In this document: piece by piece, positions 19,216-31,800 of the stretch
Layout of the letters: each line of letters begins with the position of its first letter
Position numbering within the stretch: the stretch's first letter is position 1
Source: Candidatus Paceibacter sp.
Lineage (GTDB): Bacteria; Patescibacteriota; Patescibacteriia; Magasanikbacterales; UBA922
DNA length: 64,000 nucleotides
NCBI GenBank assembly: GCA_020725175.1
Contig: DYFM01000006.1
Span: 2,190 to 66,189, forward strand
Direction of reading: 5' to 3'
Made by a program: the position numbers and the translations under genes
The notes under the pieces: model-generated
Databases searched by the model: none
What the model was told of the DNA's origin: nothing
What the model saw: only the letters and a program-made list of their open reading frames with translations

Positions 19216-20367
19216 ATGGCCCTCACACAGATCCAGCAAATTCACCAACTTTTGGAAGACAAAAAACACGTACTTATCACCTTCCGATCGCAATACAGTA
19301 GTGACTCGGTAGCGAGCGCATTGGCTTTGGCATTGTTTTTGAAAAAAATCGGGAAACGAGTTGATATAGTCTCCGATCAGTTTTCTCTTCCGAAACAGTT
19401 GTCCTTTCTCAAACAAAGCGAGGTTATTCAATCACGGTTTCGTCATTTACAAAAATTTATTGTAACGATTGATGTTGCCAAAACCGGACTCAATGAATTG
19501 AGTTATGATGTAAAGGATGAAAAACTTCGAATTTTTATCACCCCGAAAGAAGGCTTTCTCACGCGCGACCAGATTCGAACAGCACAAACCGATTTCAAAT
19601 ATGACATGATCATGGTTATCGATTCGCCGGATCTTTCCTCTCTTGGCTCACTGTATGAAAACAACAGTGATCTCTTTTTCCAACTCCCAATTCTCAATAT
19701 TGATCACGCCCCGCACAATGAACAGTTTGGTCACATCAACATCGTTGATATTACCAAAGTGTCTACTGCCGAGGTAGTCTATGAACTACTAAACCAACTG
19801 GGCGCGGAGTATATTGATGAACCGATTGCCACTGCGCTTTTGACCGGCATGATCGCCAACACTCGCAGCTTTAAAACTGAGCATGTGAAACCGACAACAC
19901 TTACCACTGCCAGTAAACTCATGAGTCTGGGAGCAAAACGTGAGTACATTGTGCAACATTTATACCGTACCAAAACCATTGCGACACTCAAACTTTGGGG
20001 GCAGGCCCTGGCTCACCTTACTTCCTATCCAGATCTTTCATTGGTATCCACTTCTATTACCCGGGAAGACTTTTCTCGCTCAGGAGCAACCGAGCATGAT
20101 TTGTATGATATCGTTGATGAGCTCATCGCCAACGCTCCGGAAGCAAAACTTATTCTCCTTCTCCACGAACACGCTCGCCAAGAAAATGGCGCCGAAACCA
20201 TTCACGCCTTTCTCCATACCACCAAAGACTTTGACGCAAAACTTCTCACCCAACCATTTCATCCCGAAGGGGAACGGCAACGCGTAACTTTTACCCTCCA
20301 GAGCACATCTCTCAAAGAAGCAGAAGATAAGATCATAACCACCATACGAGAACAACAAAAACAATAG
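19216..20367 (+). CDS. DHH-family phosphoesterase (NrnA-like, degenerate motifs)
   Basis: SDSVASALAL, VIDS, NIDH, TGMIANTRSF. Confidence 0.8.
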   Translation: MALTQIQQIHQLLEDKKHVLITFRSQYSSDSVASALALALFLKKIGKRVDIVSDQFSLPKQLSFLKQSEVIQSRFRHLQKFIVTIDVAKTGLNELSYDVKDEKLRIFITPKEGFLTRDQIRTAQTDFKYDMIMVIDSPDLSSLGSLYENNSDLFFQLPILNIDHAPHNEQFGHINIVDITKVSTAEVVYELLNQLGAEYIDEPIATALLTGMIANTRSFKTEHVKPTTLTTASKLMSLGAKREYIVQHLYRTKTIATLKLWGQALAHLTSYPDLSLVSTSITREDFSRSGATEHDLYDIVDELIANAPEAKLILLLHEHARQENGAETIHAFLHTTKDFDAKLLTQPFHPEGERQRVTFTLQSTSLKEAEDKIITTIREQQKQ

Positions 20368-20394
20368 AACCGCACCTAGCGGTTCTATTGTTTT
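20357..20394. terminator. bidirectional terminator
   Basis: aaaacaatagaaccgc-accta-gcggttctattgtttt between convergent genes. Confidence 0.85.
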
Positions 20395-20395
20395 A

Positions 20396-21979
20396 CTACA
20401 CCAGACTCCTCCCAGTCATTTCTAGCGGCTGTTCAATGCCGAGAATCTTAAGCATGGTAGGTGCGACATCGGCGAGCATGCCAACCGGAGGAAGTAAACT
20501 CAAATCGCCGTTTGGCGGATCTCCCGACGGTCCGGCCTGTCCATGAAACTGCTCACCTATGATATACAATGGAACAAGATTTGTACTATGTTCTTTATCC
20601 ATTTCCGTGGTTTGTAGATTCACGACTTCTTCCGCATTCCCATGATCTGCGGTAATAAGAAGCACTCCACCTTTAGCAAGGACATGAGCCGCAATGTCAC
20701 CCAAACAGGTATCGACTGTTTCACAGCCACGAATTGTTGCTTCCAAATTGCCGGTATGTCCCACCATATCTCCATTGGCAAAGTTGATCAAAATAGTATC
20801 ATATTGTTCTGCATCAATGGCTTTCACCACATCTTTAGCTATCTCCCGCGCAGACATTTCCGGTGCTTGGTCATAAGAAGCAACTTTTGGAGACGGAATA
20901 ATTTTTCGCTCTTCTCCCGGAAAGGGATCCTCTATCGTTCCATTTAGGAAAAAAGTGATATGCGCGTACTTTTCTGTTTCCGCTACATGGTACTGCGTTA
21001 AACCTTCTTTACTAATTACTTCCGCCAAACTGTTATGAATGATGACCGGCGGAAATGCTACCGTAACCGGAATTTCTTTTTCATACTCTGTCATTGCCAC
21101 AAAATTTAGATCATTGATATATGTTCGTTCAAATTTGGTAAACGCCGGGAGCACAAAAGCCTGAGTGATTTCTCGTGCTCGATCAGCTCGAAAATTAAAA
21201 AAGATTAACGCATCTCCTGACTCTACCGTAGCTACTGGCTTTTCTTTTGTCCCAATAACTGTTGGAACAAATTCTTCATCATATATTTTTTTTTCGTAAG
21301 AGGCCTCAATCGCCGTAATCGGATCTGTAGCATAGTCTTTGGCAATACCCTCCGCAATCGCTCGATACGCAGCCTCCACCCGATCCCAACGATTATCACG
21401 ATCCATTGCCCAATATCTTCCCATCAAAGAAGCTATTTTCCCCACTCCTAATTCTTTCATCTTTTCTTGTAACTGCTCAATAAATCCTTTTCCGCCGTTG
21501 TACAGTGCATCGCGTCCATCCATCATAGCGTGGACATACACCTCTTTCAAGCCATGTTTTGCGGCCAGTTCTAGGAGTGCAAAACAATGACTATCACTGG
21601 CATGGATATTCCCCGGACTCACCAGTCCCATGATATGAAGTTTGGACTTATTCTTTTTCACTTGTTCAACTGCTTGCAAAAATGCGGCGTTTTCAAAAAA
21701 AGAACCATCATCAATCGCTTTATTGATACGTGGAAACGTCTGATAATAAATTCTACCCGCACCTATGTTTAAATGTCCCACCTCTGAATTACCCATTTCT
21801 CCAAACGCCAGTCCAACTTCATTCCCGGACGCACGAATCGCCATAACTGGATACTCACGAGCGAATCGATCCAAGTTTGGTGTTTTTGCTTTGGTAATCG
21901 CGTTTCCGTCACCATCAGGTGCGATGCCCCAGCCATCGAGAATGGCAAGCACTACCGGACAAGGTCTTGACTTATTCAT
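20396..21979 (-). CDS. gpmI: 2,3-BPG-independent phosphoglycerate mutase (copy 1)
   Basis: ILDGWG, GNSEVGH, DGRD, AETEKYAH, DMVGHTG, TADHGN. Confidence 0.96.
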   Translation of the reverse strand: MNKSRPCPVVLAILDGWGIAPDGDGNAITKAKTPNLDRFAREYPVMAIRASGNEVGLAFGEMGNSEVGHLNIGAGRIYYQTFPRINKAIDDGSFFENAAFLQAVEQVKKNKSKLHIMGLVSPGNIHASDSHCFALLELAAKHGLKEVYVHAMMDGRDALYNGGKGFIEQLQEKMKELGVGKIASLMGRYWAMDRDNRWDRVEAAYRAIAEGIAKDYATDPITAIEASYEKKIYDEEFVPTVIGTKEKPVATVESGDALIFFNFRADRAREITQAFVLPAFTKFERTYINDLNFVAMTEYEKEIPVTVAFPPVIIHNSLAEVISKEGLTQYHVAETEKYAHITFFLNGTIEDPFPGEERKIIPSPKVASYDQAPEMSAREIAKDVVKAIDAEQYDTILINFANGDMVGHTGNLEATIRGCETVDTCLGDIAAHVLAKGGVLLITADHGNAEEVVNLQTTEMDKEHSTNLVPLYIIGEQFHGQAGPSGDPPNGDLSLLPPVGMLADVAPTMLKILGIEQPLEMTGRSLV

Positions 21980-22013
21980 ATTGGATAAAGAATAAAAACA
22001 AAAAGTAGTTCAG

Positions 22014-22143
22014 AAATCCCAAGACACAAGAAACAAGATACAAACAAATTTCAAATATCAAATGACAATTTCTCAAATGTATTGGGATTTTGATATTGTC
22101 TATTGAGCTTTGTTTGGAAATTGTACCTTGTGTCTTGGGATTT
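22014..22143. repeat. heptamer-derived fold-back array
   Basis: 17-bp perfect terminal arms aaatcccaagacacaag / cttgtgtcttgggattt. Confidence 0.85.
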
Positions 22144-23722
22144 ACAATAATGATGTTCCAGTCATTTCTTTTGGTTTTGGAATGTGTAGTAATTTTAAAA
22201 TAGTCGGTGCCACATCAGCCAACCGTCCATTTTTTCTAAGTAGCTTCTTTGGCAGATTATTTGAAATTAAAATAAACGGTACTGGATTGGTCGTATGTTC
22301 TGTCATCATCTCGCCGGTTTTTTCATCAATCATTTGTTCCGCGTTTCCGTGATCAGCAGTAATACACACTTGTCCATTTTGCTTCAGTACCGCTTGTACT
22401 AATCGATCAACTTCTTTATCAAGAATATGAACTGCTTTTTTTGCGGCCTGGAAATTTCCAGTATGCCCAACCATGTCAGCGTTTGGGAGGTTCACGACAA
22501 TAAAATCATACGTACCTTTTGAAAAATAGCCAATTATTTTTCGCGTCACTTCTTTCGTCATCATTTGCGGAAGATCAGCATACGTATAGTGTCCAGAAGA
22601 ACGAATAAGTTCTCGATCTTCACCATTGATAGGGTCCGCAAAACCGCCATTGATAAAGTAAGTCACATGCGCATACTTTTCTGTTTCTGAAATGTACAAC
22701 TGTTTTCTGGTTTCACCAATTGCCTTGGCAAGACACATCTGAATATCCGGACTCGGAAAGGCGGTCAACACTCGAGACAGATCCGGTCCAAAATCTGACA
22801 TAGCCACAAAACAGATGTTTCGAAGCACCTTTTTTCGTTTGAATGATCCGGGATTTAATTTGTTAAATGCCGGCTGGACAAAGGCTTTTGTCAACTGTCG
22901 CGCTCGATCACTCCGTGCGTTGAAAAAAATTACCGCATCACCTTCATCCACCATAGCCAATGGTTTTCCGTTTTTTTGTATGACAGTTGGGTGAAGATAT
23001 TCATCGGTTTCATTTCTATTATACCCTTGTTCAATAGCCTCTTCAGCACTTACAGCCTTATGTTCTGCTTTTCCTCTTACAATTGCATCATACGCCATTT
23101 CGGTACGGTGCCACAACTTGTTTCGATCCATAGCATAAAATCTCCCCATGATTGATGCTATGCGTACTCGTGGTGTGAGTTGTTTTTGCAGTTGTTTCAA
23201 ATATTTAATCGCTGAGTGTGGAGAAGAATCACGTCCATCCGTAAAAAGATGTACATACACGTGCTTAACCCGCCTCAGTTCGCAATAACGAAGTAATGCG
23301 TACAAATGCTCAGGATGTGCGTGTGCACTATCACCGTCAGTCAAGAGCCCCATAACATGAACCGCACCACGATGTTTTTTTGCATGTCGAACCGCTTGTT
23401 CAAATGATGGATTGTTGAAAAATGTTTTGTTTTTAATTGCCTCAGAAATTCGAACCAAATCCTGCTCGACAATTCTCCCAGCCCCAATATTGAAATGCCC
23501 GGCTTCAGAGTTTCCTTCTTGCCCCACGAACAGTCCCACGTCTTTACCGTGTGCCTTGAGGGTTGTACTAGGATATTTTTTCATATACGCAAATATGTGC
23601 GGTACTGTTTCCGGCGTGATGGCATTTCCCGGTTTCTTCGGATCAGCAAGTCCAAATCCATCAAGAATAATCAGAAGAGTAGGGGGAATTTTTTGACTTG
23701 TTTTTGGGAATTTTGTGACCAT
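22142..23722 (-). CDS. gpmI: 2,3-BPG-independent phosphoglycerate mutase (copy 2)
   Basis: ILDGFG, GNSEAGH, DGRD, ETEKYAH, DMVGHTG, TADHGN; start at MVTKF. Confidence 0.95.
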   Translation of the reverse strand: MVTKFPKTSQKIPPTLLIILDGFGLADPKKPGNAITPETVPHIFAYMKKYPSTTLKAHGKDVGLFVGQEGNSEAGHFNIGAGRIVEQDLVRISEAIKNKTFFNNPSFEQAVRHAKKHRGAVHVMGLLTDGDSAHAHPEHLYALLRYCELRRVKHVYVHLFTDGRDSSPHSAIKYLKQLQKQLTPRVRIASIMGRFYAMDRNKLWHRTEMAYDAIVRGKAEHKAVSAEEAIEQGYNRNETDEYLHPTVIQKNGKPLAMVDEGDAVIFFNARSDRARQLTKAFVQPAFNKLNPGSFKRKKVLRNICFVAMSDFGPDLSRVLTAFPSPDIQMCLAKAIGETRKQLYISETEKYAHVTYFINGGFADPINGEDRELIRSSGHYTYADLPQMMTKEVTRKIIGYFSKGTYDFIVVNLPNADMVGHTGNFQAAKKAVHILDKEVDRLVQAVLKQNGQVCITADHGNAEQMIDEKTGEMMTEHTTNPVPFILISNNLPKKLLRKNGRLADVAPTILKLLHIPKPKEMTGTSLL

Positions 23723-23829
23723 AGTACAAATACTATAGCGTAAAATGGGAGATAAATCAACCATAAAAAAGTGCTGTACAACACTTTTTATATTCAGAAA
23801 CACAGATAATCCCTCTCGATTCAATGAAT

Positions 23830-23980
23830 GTCCCCGCAGCACGTGTCCGCCTGGGGTGGAAGCTGACGGGGTATCGCTATAGGTAGTTTTTCCCGATCAA
23901 ATCGGGAGAGAATAAAACCCTCGTCCGCCTTGCTTTGCACGCCTTGCTTGTCCGCCTTGGGTGGGGGCTGTGGGCGGATT
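23830..23980. repeat. composite REP-like element, copy 2, with two 18-bp hairpin insertions and one tcccga-N5-tcggga hairpin
   Basis: aligns with 1634-1782 and 49107-49167. Confidence 0.8.
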
Positions 23981-24046
23981 AAACAAACACTTACACGCAC
24001 AACCTCTTCTTTCTTCATTTGGTTATTTCTTTATTTCTCTATTTCT

Positions 24047-25321
<1,275 letters not shown>

Positions 25322-25491
25322 TTAATAGTTTATTGGTAAAATAGTTTATTGGTGTGATGGTTTATTTTTGATCATGCATAAACAAAAATAACCTATAAGC
25401 AACCAGATAAACATTCAAACTAATGAACAAATTCGCTACCATTATAACAAAAAACACACCTCCTGAGAAGTGTGTTTTATGATCTATATTA

Positions 25492-26355
25492 TTACTCAAT
25501 CTCAAACGTAACACTCACATTCATCACCACATCATTTGTTCCTGGCTCTATCTGTGGCGCAGCCTCAGTTTTCATCATCATGTCTCCCATACCATAAAGT
25601 GGGTACGGACCATTTCCACCTTCGTACTCATTGTAACTCACAATCTCTGTAATAGAGACACCAAGTTTTTTCGCCAAATGATTGGCTTTTTCATACACCT
25701 TCCGCAGTGCCTCATCACGCGCTTCAGCCATATAAACATCACGATCATCAATGGTAAATGAAAGTCCGCCGACATTGTTGAGTCCAAGTTCTCCCGCAAG
25801 AGCCAGTACTTGGTTTGCTTTGGCAAGATCTCGAATTTTTACGGTTACTGTATTACTTACTTCATAACCGGTCAATTGTCTCTCCCCTTCCGGTGGATAG
25901 GTGTACCGTGGAGACACCGAATAATTACTGGTCTGAATATCTTTTTTCTCAATACCCAGTTCCGCCAATTTTTGGATCGCATTATTCATTGCCTCAGTAT
26001 TTTTTTGTTGCGCCTCAGACACGGTCGCTCCTTGACTGATAACTCCAAGCGAGGTCATAGCTATGTCCGGAGTAGCGGTTACTTTTGCTTGCGCCTCAAG
26101 GGTAATGGTTTTTATAGGCTTTTCCGCCTGGCCAATATACTCAAAACGTTCAATGTTATTACGAATCAACGTTCCTACCCACACAATGAGATAGGCAAGA
26201 AGAATTCCAGCTAAAGCTAGAAATATTTTTCGAGCAAATTCTCCAGCCGTTACTTTATGAATCCATGATTCTGAACAAGATTGTTCGAAACAACAATCAT
26301 GAGCTAGTTCTGGTGACGATGACCTCATCGTCGAAGATGTTTTTTTGACAGGCAT
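25492..26355 (-). CDS. SIMPL (DUF541) domain protein
   Basis: TM anchor, PDIA, DIQTSNYSV.P.Y, I.PG..VSVTFEI. Confidence 0.88.
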   Translation of the reverse strand: MPVKKTSSTMRSSSPELAHDCCFEQSCSESWIHKVTAGEFARKIFLALAGILLAYLIVWVGTLIRNNIERFEYIGQAEKPIKTITLEAQAKVTATPDIAMTSLGVISQGATVSEAQQKNTEAMNNAIQKLAELGIEKKDIQTSNYSVSPRYTYPPEGERQLTGYEVSNTVTVKIRDLAKANQVLALAGELGLNNVGGLSFTIDDRDVYMAEARDEALRKVYEKANHLAKKLGVSITEIVSYNEYEGGNGPYPLYGMGDMMMKTEAAPQIEPGTNDVVMNVSVTFEIE

Positions 26356-26470
26356 ATGTTTTAAGTCTAAATTCTAAAGTCTAAAGTTATAAGTAATAAT
26401 CCAAAATCAATGCGCATGACTTTAGACGTATAACTTATGACTTCAGTACTTCAAGCATACCACACTCCCC

Positions 26471-27676
26471 TCATTTCTCCAAAACAAGCATTCCCGGTAA
26501 TTTCTTGCCACTCAAAAATTCTAGCATGGCACCACCACCGGTTGAAACCAAATCTACCCATTCAAGCATCTTTACTCGTTCCATCGCTTGAATAGTCTCT
26601 CCCCCTCCTATGACGCCATAGGCCGGTCCTTTAGAAACGGTCGCTACGAGACGGGCAATTGCCAGTGTGCCAACATCATACGGTTTTTGTTCAAAGTATC
26701 CCATCGCTCCATTCCATACTAGCGTCAGAGCGGACTTAATGTACAAAGAGTAGAGCTGAACGGTTTTCGGGCCAATATCCAAAATCATCTCTCCTTTTTT
26801 GCAAATCTGATGCGGTGTTTTTTTCAGTTCCACCACACGATATTGTTTCCCGTTTGATGTACCTACTACCACGTCCACCGGCTTCACAATTTTTTTCTTT
26901 TTCAACAGTTGCAAGGCTTGTTTTTTGAACTGCTTATCTACCACCGAGTCACCCACTCGATACCCCAGTGCCCACAAATAGGTATTTACAATCCCCCCAC
27001 CGATGAGCACCTGGTCTACTTTGGGCAACAGTTTTTGTATCACCGGTAACTTGGTTTCTATTTTTACTCCGCCCATAATAACCACAAATGGTGCTTTTGG
27101 TTTTTCAAGTACTCGAGAAAGTCCTTTGATTTCTTTTTCAAAAAGAAGTCCAGCAAAAGATGGCAACAGTTTTGCTACCCCAGTTACTGAAGCAGCAGTC
27201 CGATGCGACACTGCAAACCCATCAAGGACAAATATGTCAGCCAATACCGACAGCTGCTCCGCCAACCGAATATCATTTTGTTCTTCACTAACGGCAAAAC
27301 GAATATTCTCCATCACCATGACATCTCCTGCTTGCATCGCATCAATTTGTTGTACCACAGTCCCCAACTGTTTATCAGTTAATTTCCAGTTTCTTGTTTC
27401 CAGTTTCCCAACATTCTTTCCTAGTAATTCCGAGAGTTTTTTTACAATCGGATCAACTTTAAGACTGGGAACAACCTTTCCTTCCGGCCTTCCCACATGA
27501 GTAACAAGGATTACTTTTGCCCCCTTGTCGGTAAGATACTGAATTGTTGGCAGTGAAGCTTGAATTTTTGTGTCATCAATAATTGTTCCTTTTTTCATTG
27601 GTACGTTAAAATCCGCCCGGAGAAGGACGGTATTTTTTTTTAAATTTTTCTTTTTTGAAATAACATTAATACCCAT
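26471..27676 (-). CDS. pgk: phosphoglycerate kinase
   Basis: RADFNVP, HVGRP, ENIRF, DIGP, WNG, STGGGA. Confidence 0.97.
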   Translation of the reverse strand: MGINVISKKKNLKKNTVLLRADFNVPMKKGTIIDDTKIQASLPTIQYLTDKGAKVILVTHVGRPEGKVVPSLKVDPIVKKLSELLGKNVGKLETRNWKLTDKQLGTVVQQIDAMQAGDVMVMENIRFAVSEEQNDIRLAEQLSVLADIFVLDGFAVSHRTAASVTGVAKLLPSFAGLLFEKEIKGLSRVLEKPKAPFVVIMGGVKIETKLPVIQKLLPKVDQVLIGGGIVNTYLWALGYRVGDSVVDKQFKKQALQLLKKKKIVKPVDVVVGTSNGKQYRVVELKKTPHQICKKGEMILDIGPKTVQLYSLYIKSALTLVWNGAMGYFEQKPYDVGTLAIARLVATVSKGPAYGVIGGGETIQAMERVKMLEWVDLVSTGGGAMLEFLSGKKLPGMLVLEK

Positions 27677-27752
27677 AATTTTTATGCTATTTTACTTTTT
27701 TACCATCCTCACCTCGCATATCTGCATCAGTACGAAAATCTTTTTCCATACT

Positions 27753-28757
27753 TCAGATTCTTTTTCCTACCCGCTCCACCAACTCAACCAATCGATTGGC
27801 ATAACCCCATTCATTATCATACCACGCAACTACTTTCACCAGATTTCCATCAACAACATTGGTAAGAGATAAATCAACCGTAGAAGAATGAGGGTCGCCG
27901 ATAAAGTCACTGGATACAAGTGGTTCGCTCGTAACAGCCAACACTCCCTTCAAATAGGTTTTGGCAGCTTTTGTAAGTGCTTGATTCACTTGTTCTTTGG
28001 TAACCTGTTTCTTTAAGAGCACTGTCACATCAGACAGCGAAACAGTCACAGTTGGTACGCGAAACGCTACACCATCAAATCGATTTTCCAGTGCCGGAAT
28101 AACTTTAGTCACCGCAATTGCCGCGCCGGTAGACGTAGGAACAATATTTTGCGCGGCAGCTCGAGCCCGACGGAGATCCTTGTGTGGACCGTCTTGTAAG
28201 TTTTGATCAGCCGTGTAAGAATGAATCGTTGAAAGCATAGCTTTTTCTACTCCAAATTGCTGTTCAAGGACCATCATAACCGGAGCGATACTGTTGGTAG
28301 TACATGACGCATTATCAACAATTTTTTCTAAGATAGTCTCAGTATCACTCACCCCAATAAGACAAGAAGAAACACCCTCACCTTTGGCCGGTGCCGAAAT
28401 TACTACCCGCTTTGCCCCGGCTTTTAGATGTAAACTCGCCCCATCTTTGGAAGTAAAATGACCGGTTGATTCTATAACTACATCCACATCCAGTTTTTTC
28501 CAAGGTAATACACTCGGATCTTTTTCAGCATAGACTGCTATCTTTTTGCTACCTACGTTTAAGTGTGTTTCATCAAATCCAACCTTGGCAGCAAAATCGG
28601 GATAGGCCGTATCATATTTCAATAAATGTGCCAGTGTCTTAGTATCGGTCAAATCATTAACCGCCACAATCTCAAGTTGTTTTTTCTGCCAGGCAACTTT
28701 GAATGCATGACGACCAATTCTCCCAAAGCCATTGATAGCAACACGAATCTTTTTCAT
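27753..28757 (-). CDS. gap: glyceraldehyde-3-phosphate dehydrogenase (type I)
   Basis: INGFGRIGR, NASCTTN, WYDNEWGY. Confidence 0.98.
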   Translation of the reverse strand: MKKIRVAINGFGRIGRHAFKVAWQKKQLEIVAVNDLTDTKTLAHLLKYDTAYPDFAAKVGFDETHLNVGSKKIAVYAEKDPSVLPWKKLDVDVVIESTGHFTSKDGASLHLKAGAKRVVISAPAKGEGVSSCLIGVSDTETILEKIVDNASCTTNSIAPVMMVLEQQFGVEKAMLSTIHSYTADQNLQDGPHKDLRRARAAAQNIVPTSTGAAIAVTKVIPALENRFDGVAFRVPTVTVSLSDVTVLLKKQVTKEQVNQALTKAAKTYLKGVLAVTSEPLVSSDFIGDPHSSTVDLSLTNVVDGNLVKVVAWYDNEWGYANRLVELVERVGKRI

Positions 28758-28822
28758 AAAAAGACAACATTAATGATAAGTATTCATATCATAGCATAGC
28801 TCGGTAAAAAAAAGAAGAGGAT

Positions 28823-31800
28823 TTACCTCTTCTGTTCTTCTTGTTGAAGCTGTTCATTACGAGCAATAATTGCTCCACCACGCAATTTTGCTTCCACGGT
28901 AAAATCCATTGGCTCAGTCTGTTTCTTTTCATACGCCGGCTTTTCATACGTTACATAATACGTACTTGGACCAACCAGTGCGGCATATCGCCCCTTACTA
29001 TCGGTTATTTTTGTGTCAACCAGTTTGTTATACGCGGCATCGAAAATTCTCACTACTGTCTGAGCAAGTGGCTTTCTCGATACAACATCTCGAACAACCC
29101 CAAAACTATCCGGCAACGGACGGTACACATACCAACGAAACCCAAAGAATAAACCTACATGAAGAGCAAGGAGTGTAACCATGAGTGGTGTAGGAGAAAT
29201 GACGAAAGAAAGAACAGCGAGCGCGATTCCAATCTTCGACGCGGCCGTATGTCCAATGCGTCGCCCATGCTCACGAAGCACGTCTGTAACCGGTCGCACC
29301 TGATCAATCGGAGTAAGTGGAATATTGACCCCTACCACGTCATTTTTTCCTTGAACTGAAATTGTATCCCCATGATACACATGTGTATAGACTCCATCAT
29401 CTTGCACATATTTCAAATGTTCACTAATTCCTTGGAATCCTTGTTTGGTAACTTCTATCCTATATTCTCCCGGATCCACGATAAACAGATATCGTCCCTT
29501 CATATCAGTGACACGTGACTCTTTAATCGTGCCGGTTTTCGCGTCAAGCAAGCGTACAACTGCCAAGTCAAGTGGTTGCTTCGTAAAGCCATTGTAGACC
29601 ACTCCCCATTTTTTCCGACGTTTCAACCGAAATAACATGATTGGTTGCGTGAATAAATGTCGTAAAATAAGAAGAAGGGAAGTTCCAAAGCCGGTCGCGA
29701 CATTTGCTACCGCCGCCACTGCTGCTACCGGAGCGGCAATTCGTTGGTTTACCCGCTCTACCTCCGGATTATCGGTAAATCGCTTTATGCGATCCGTAAG
29801 GGGCTTAAGCGCCAAAGCCGCTGCTCGATATCGCTCTTCAATTGACCGCCAGCCGGAAATTGATCCAATCGATTCACCGGTACGCTCATCTAGATTCTCA
29901 GACCCTTCCTCTTGACTCTCAATCGGAGTGAAAATGTCTGTAGATGGCAGCCCTCCCTCATCTTCTCCTGTAGTATTTAAAGGCAAACCTGAACTTCCTG
30001 ACCCTGAAGATCCGGTGACCGGCGTATCAATAGGAGTACTATCCGGATACCCTCCGACCGGATTATTCGATGGATTTTCCGGTGTATCCGTTGGAGTATC
30101 TATTGGCAAATCAATCGGCGTCGGTTCAGGTTCTACTGAATCAAGCGGTTCTTCATCTTGTGGTGTCTCAGGCTGATCGATAGGTGCTTCCGCAGCTTCT
30201 GTGATAGTGAGCGTCGCAACACTACCTGAAGAAACGTTACCGGCCTTATCTTGCGCAGCTACCGTCAGTGCATAATCCCCGGTATCAAAATACGTGGGAA
30301 ATGTAAATGACCAATTTCCCTTATTATTAGCGGTTGTATAGTAGGTGGTCGCCACCGCTACTCGAAGGGTAGATACTGAAACCAACGCTGCCGACATGAT
30401 GCGTTTCTCTTTTTTAATTACGACTGTTGCGTACGGCTCTGTTTTCCCAGAAATTACCGGCGGAGATTTTTTTATCTTGTTCACAATTCCGCTATGAACC
30501 GCTCCAATCGTTGGTGGTTCTGGTGGGATAGTATCAAGCGTTACGCACAAATACGTCGCATACTCATATATTTTTGGACCGGTGTTTCGAAACTTTCCAT
30601 TGATACAATGTTTTCCCTGCACATCAGTCAGCTGCCAAGGAATTTGCTCTTGATCGTTTGTTTGATATGAAACAGAAGAAAAATCGGATGATGGTTCAAG
30701 GGACTCAAACAACGCCACCGTATTGGCGTAGCTCGTATCAAGTAATAAAACTACATCTCGACTATTCACCATCGTCATAGTTGGAAGTGAAGTCGGTTTT
30801 CCAACCTGTAGCAACCGAATCAACCGATTTCTTGGTAAAAAATCCTCATCCTCTTCACATTGCTCAATGGTCTCATCACACACCGGAGGGTCTTCCCCAT
30901 CAACCGGATCAATCGGTGGCGGAGGCGGTGGATTGTTTCCTCCGGGTGGAGCTCCTCCACCACTTGAATCATTATCACTGAGCGTAACCGTAACACTCCC
31001 TATCGTTATTCCATGATAATCCGCATCATTACTCGTTGCCGTGTGAGATATAGTCACGGAATGCGCTCCTTCTACCGTCGTATCATCAACCGGAGTCACG
31101 GTAACTGTCTGAGCAGTACTCCAGTTGAGAGTCGTAAAGGTGAGACTGGCAGTAGAAAGGGTAACCTGACTTCCTGAAGATACACCGAGCGCAATCGTGA
31201 CACTATCTGTTGGAGCAGTATTCAACACAACCGTATATGATCCACTTGAACCACCTTCACTGAGCGAAAGAGCGGCCGAGGACAATGTCACCGCCGGTGT
31301 CCCCGGACAGGCCCCGGTGGTAACAGCAATCGTAGCGGTCCAGTCGGTTTCAACAGTGGCACTATTTCGAGCCTTGGCTCGGAAGGTGTATTCTGTTTCA
31401 CAAGTTAAGTCTGAAATACTCAATGTTGTACTCGCCGTCCATCCCGAATTTTTTGCATTATCGAGTGTAGCAACATAGTACTCAGTTGAAGTTGGGTTAC
31501 CATTTGCCCCCACAGTAAACGTGATCGAAGAAGAAGCGGTGCTGGCGGCTGTCAAGTTTAATGGTAAGGCGGCTTTAGTGGTGGTACTAAATTCTGTAGA
31601 TGAATTGAAGTATCCCCAACTGTCGTACGCAAAGATGTTGAAGTAGTAAACAGTGTTTGGAGTAAGACCGGTAAATGTTTCACTAGTAGGCTGACCACCA
31701 AACGTACTGGAAGCCAAGTTTGCGTCTGTACTAGAAGTAAACGCGTTCGTAGAGGTAGTGAGTGGTGTTGAAGTACTATAGTGAATTTTGTATTCGGTAA

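Noticed and set aside
23723-23842. N-terminal extensions in the ORF track (gpmI-2, also tsf, the pilin-like gene, sucD-like and rluA-2)
   Set aside because: They run through repeats or upstream genes; downstream ATGs match the expected family starts.
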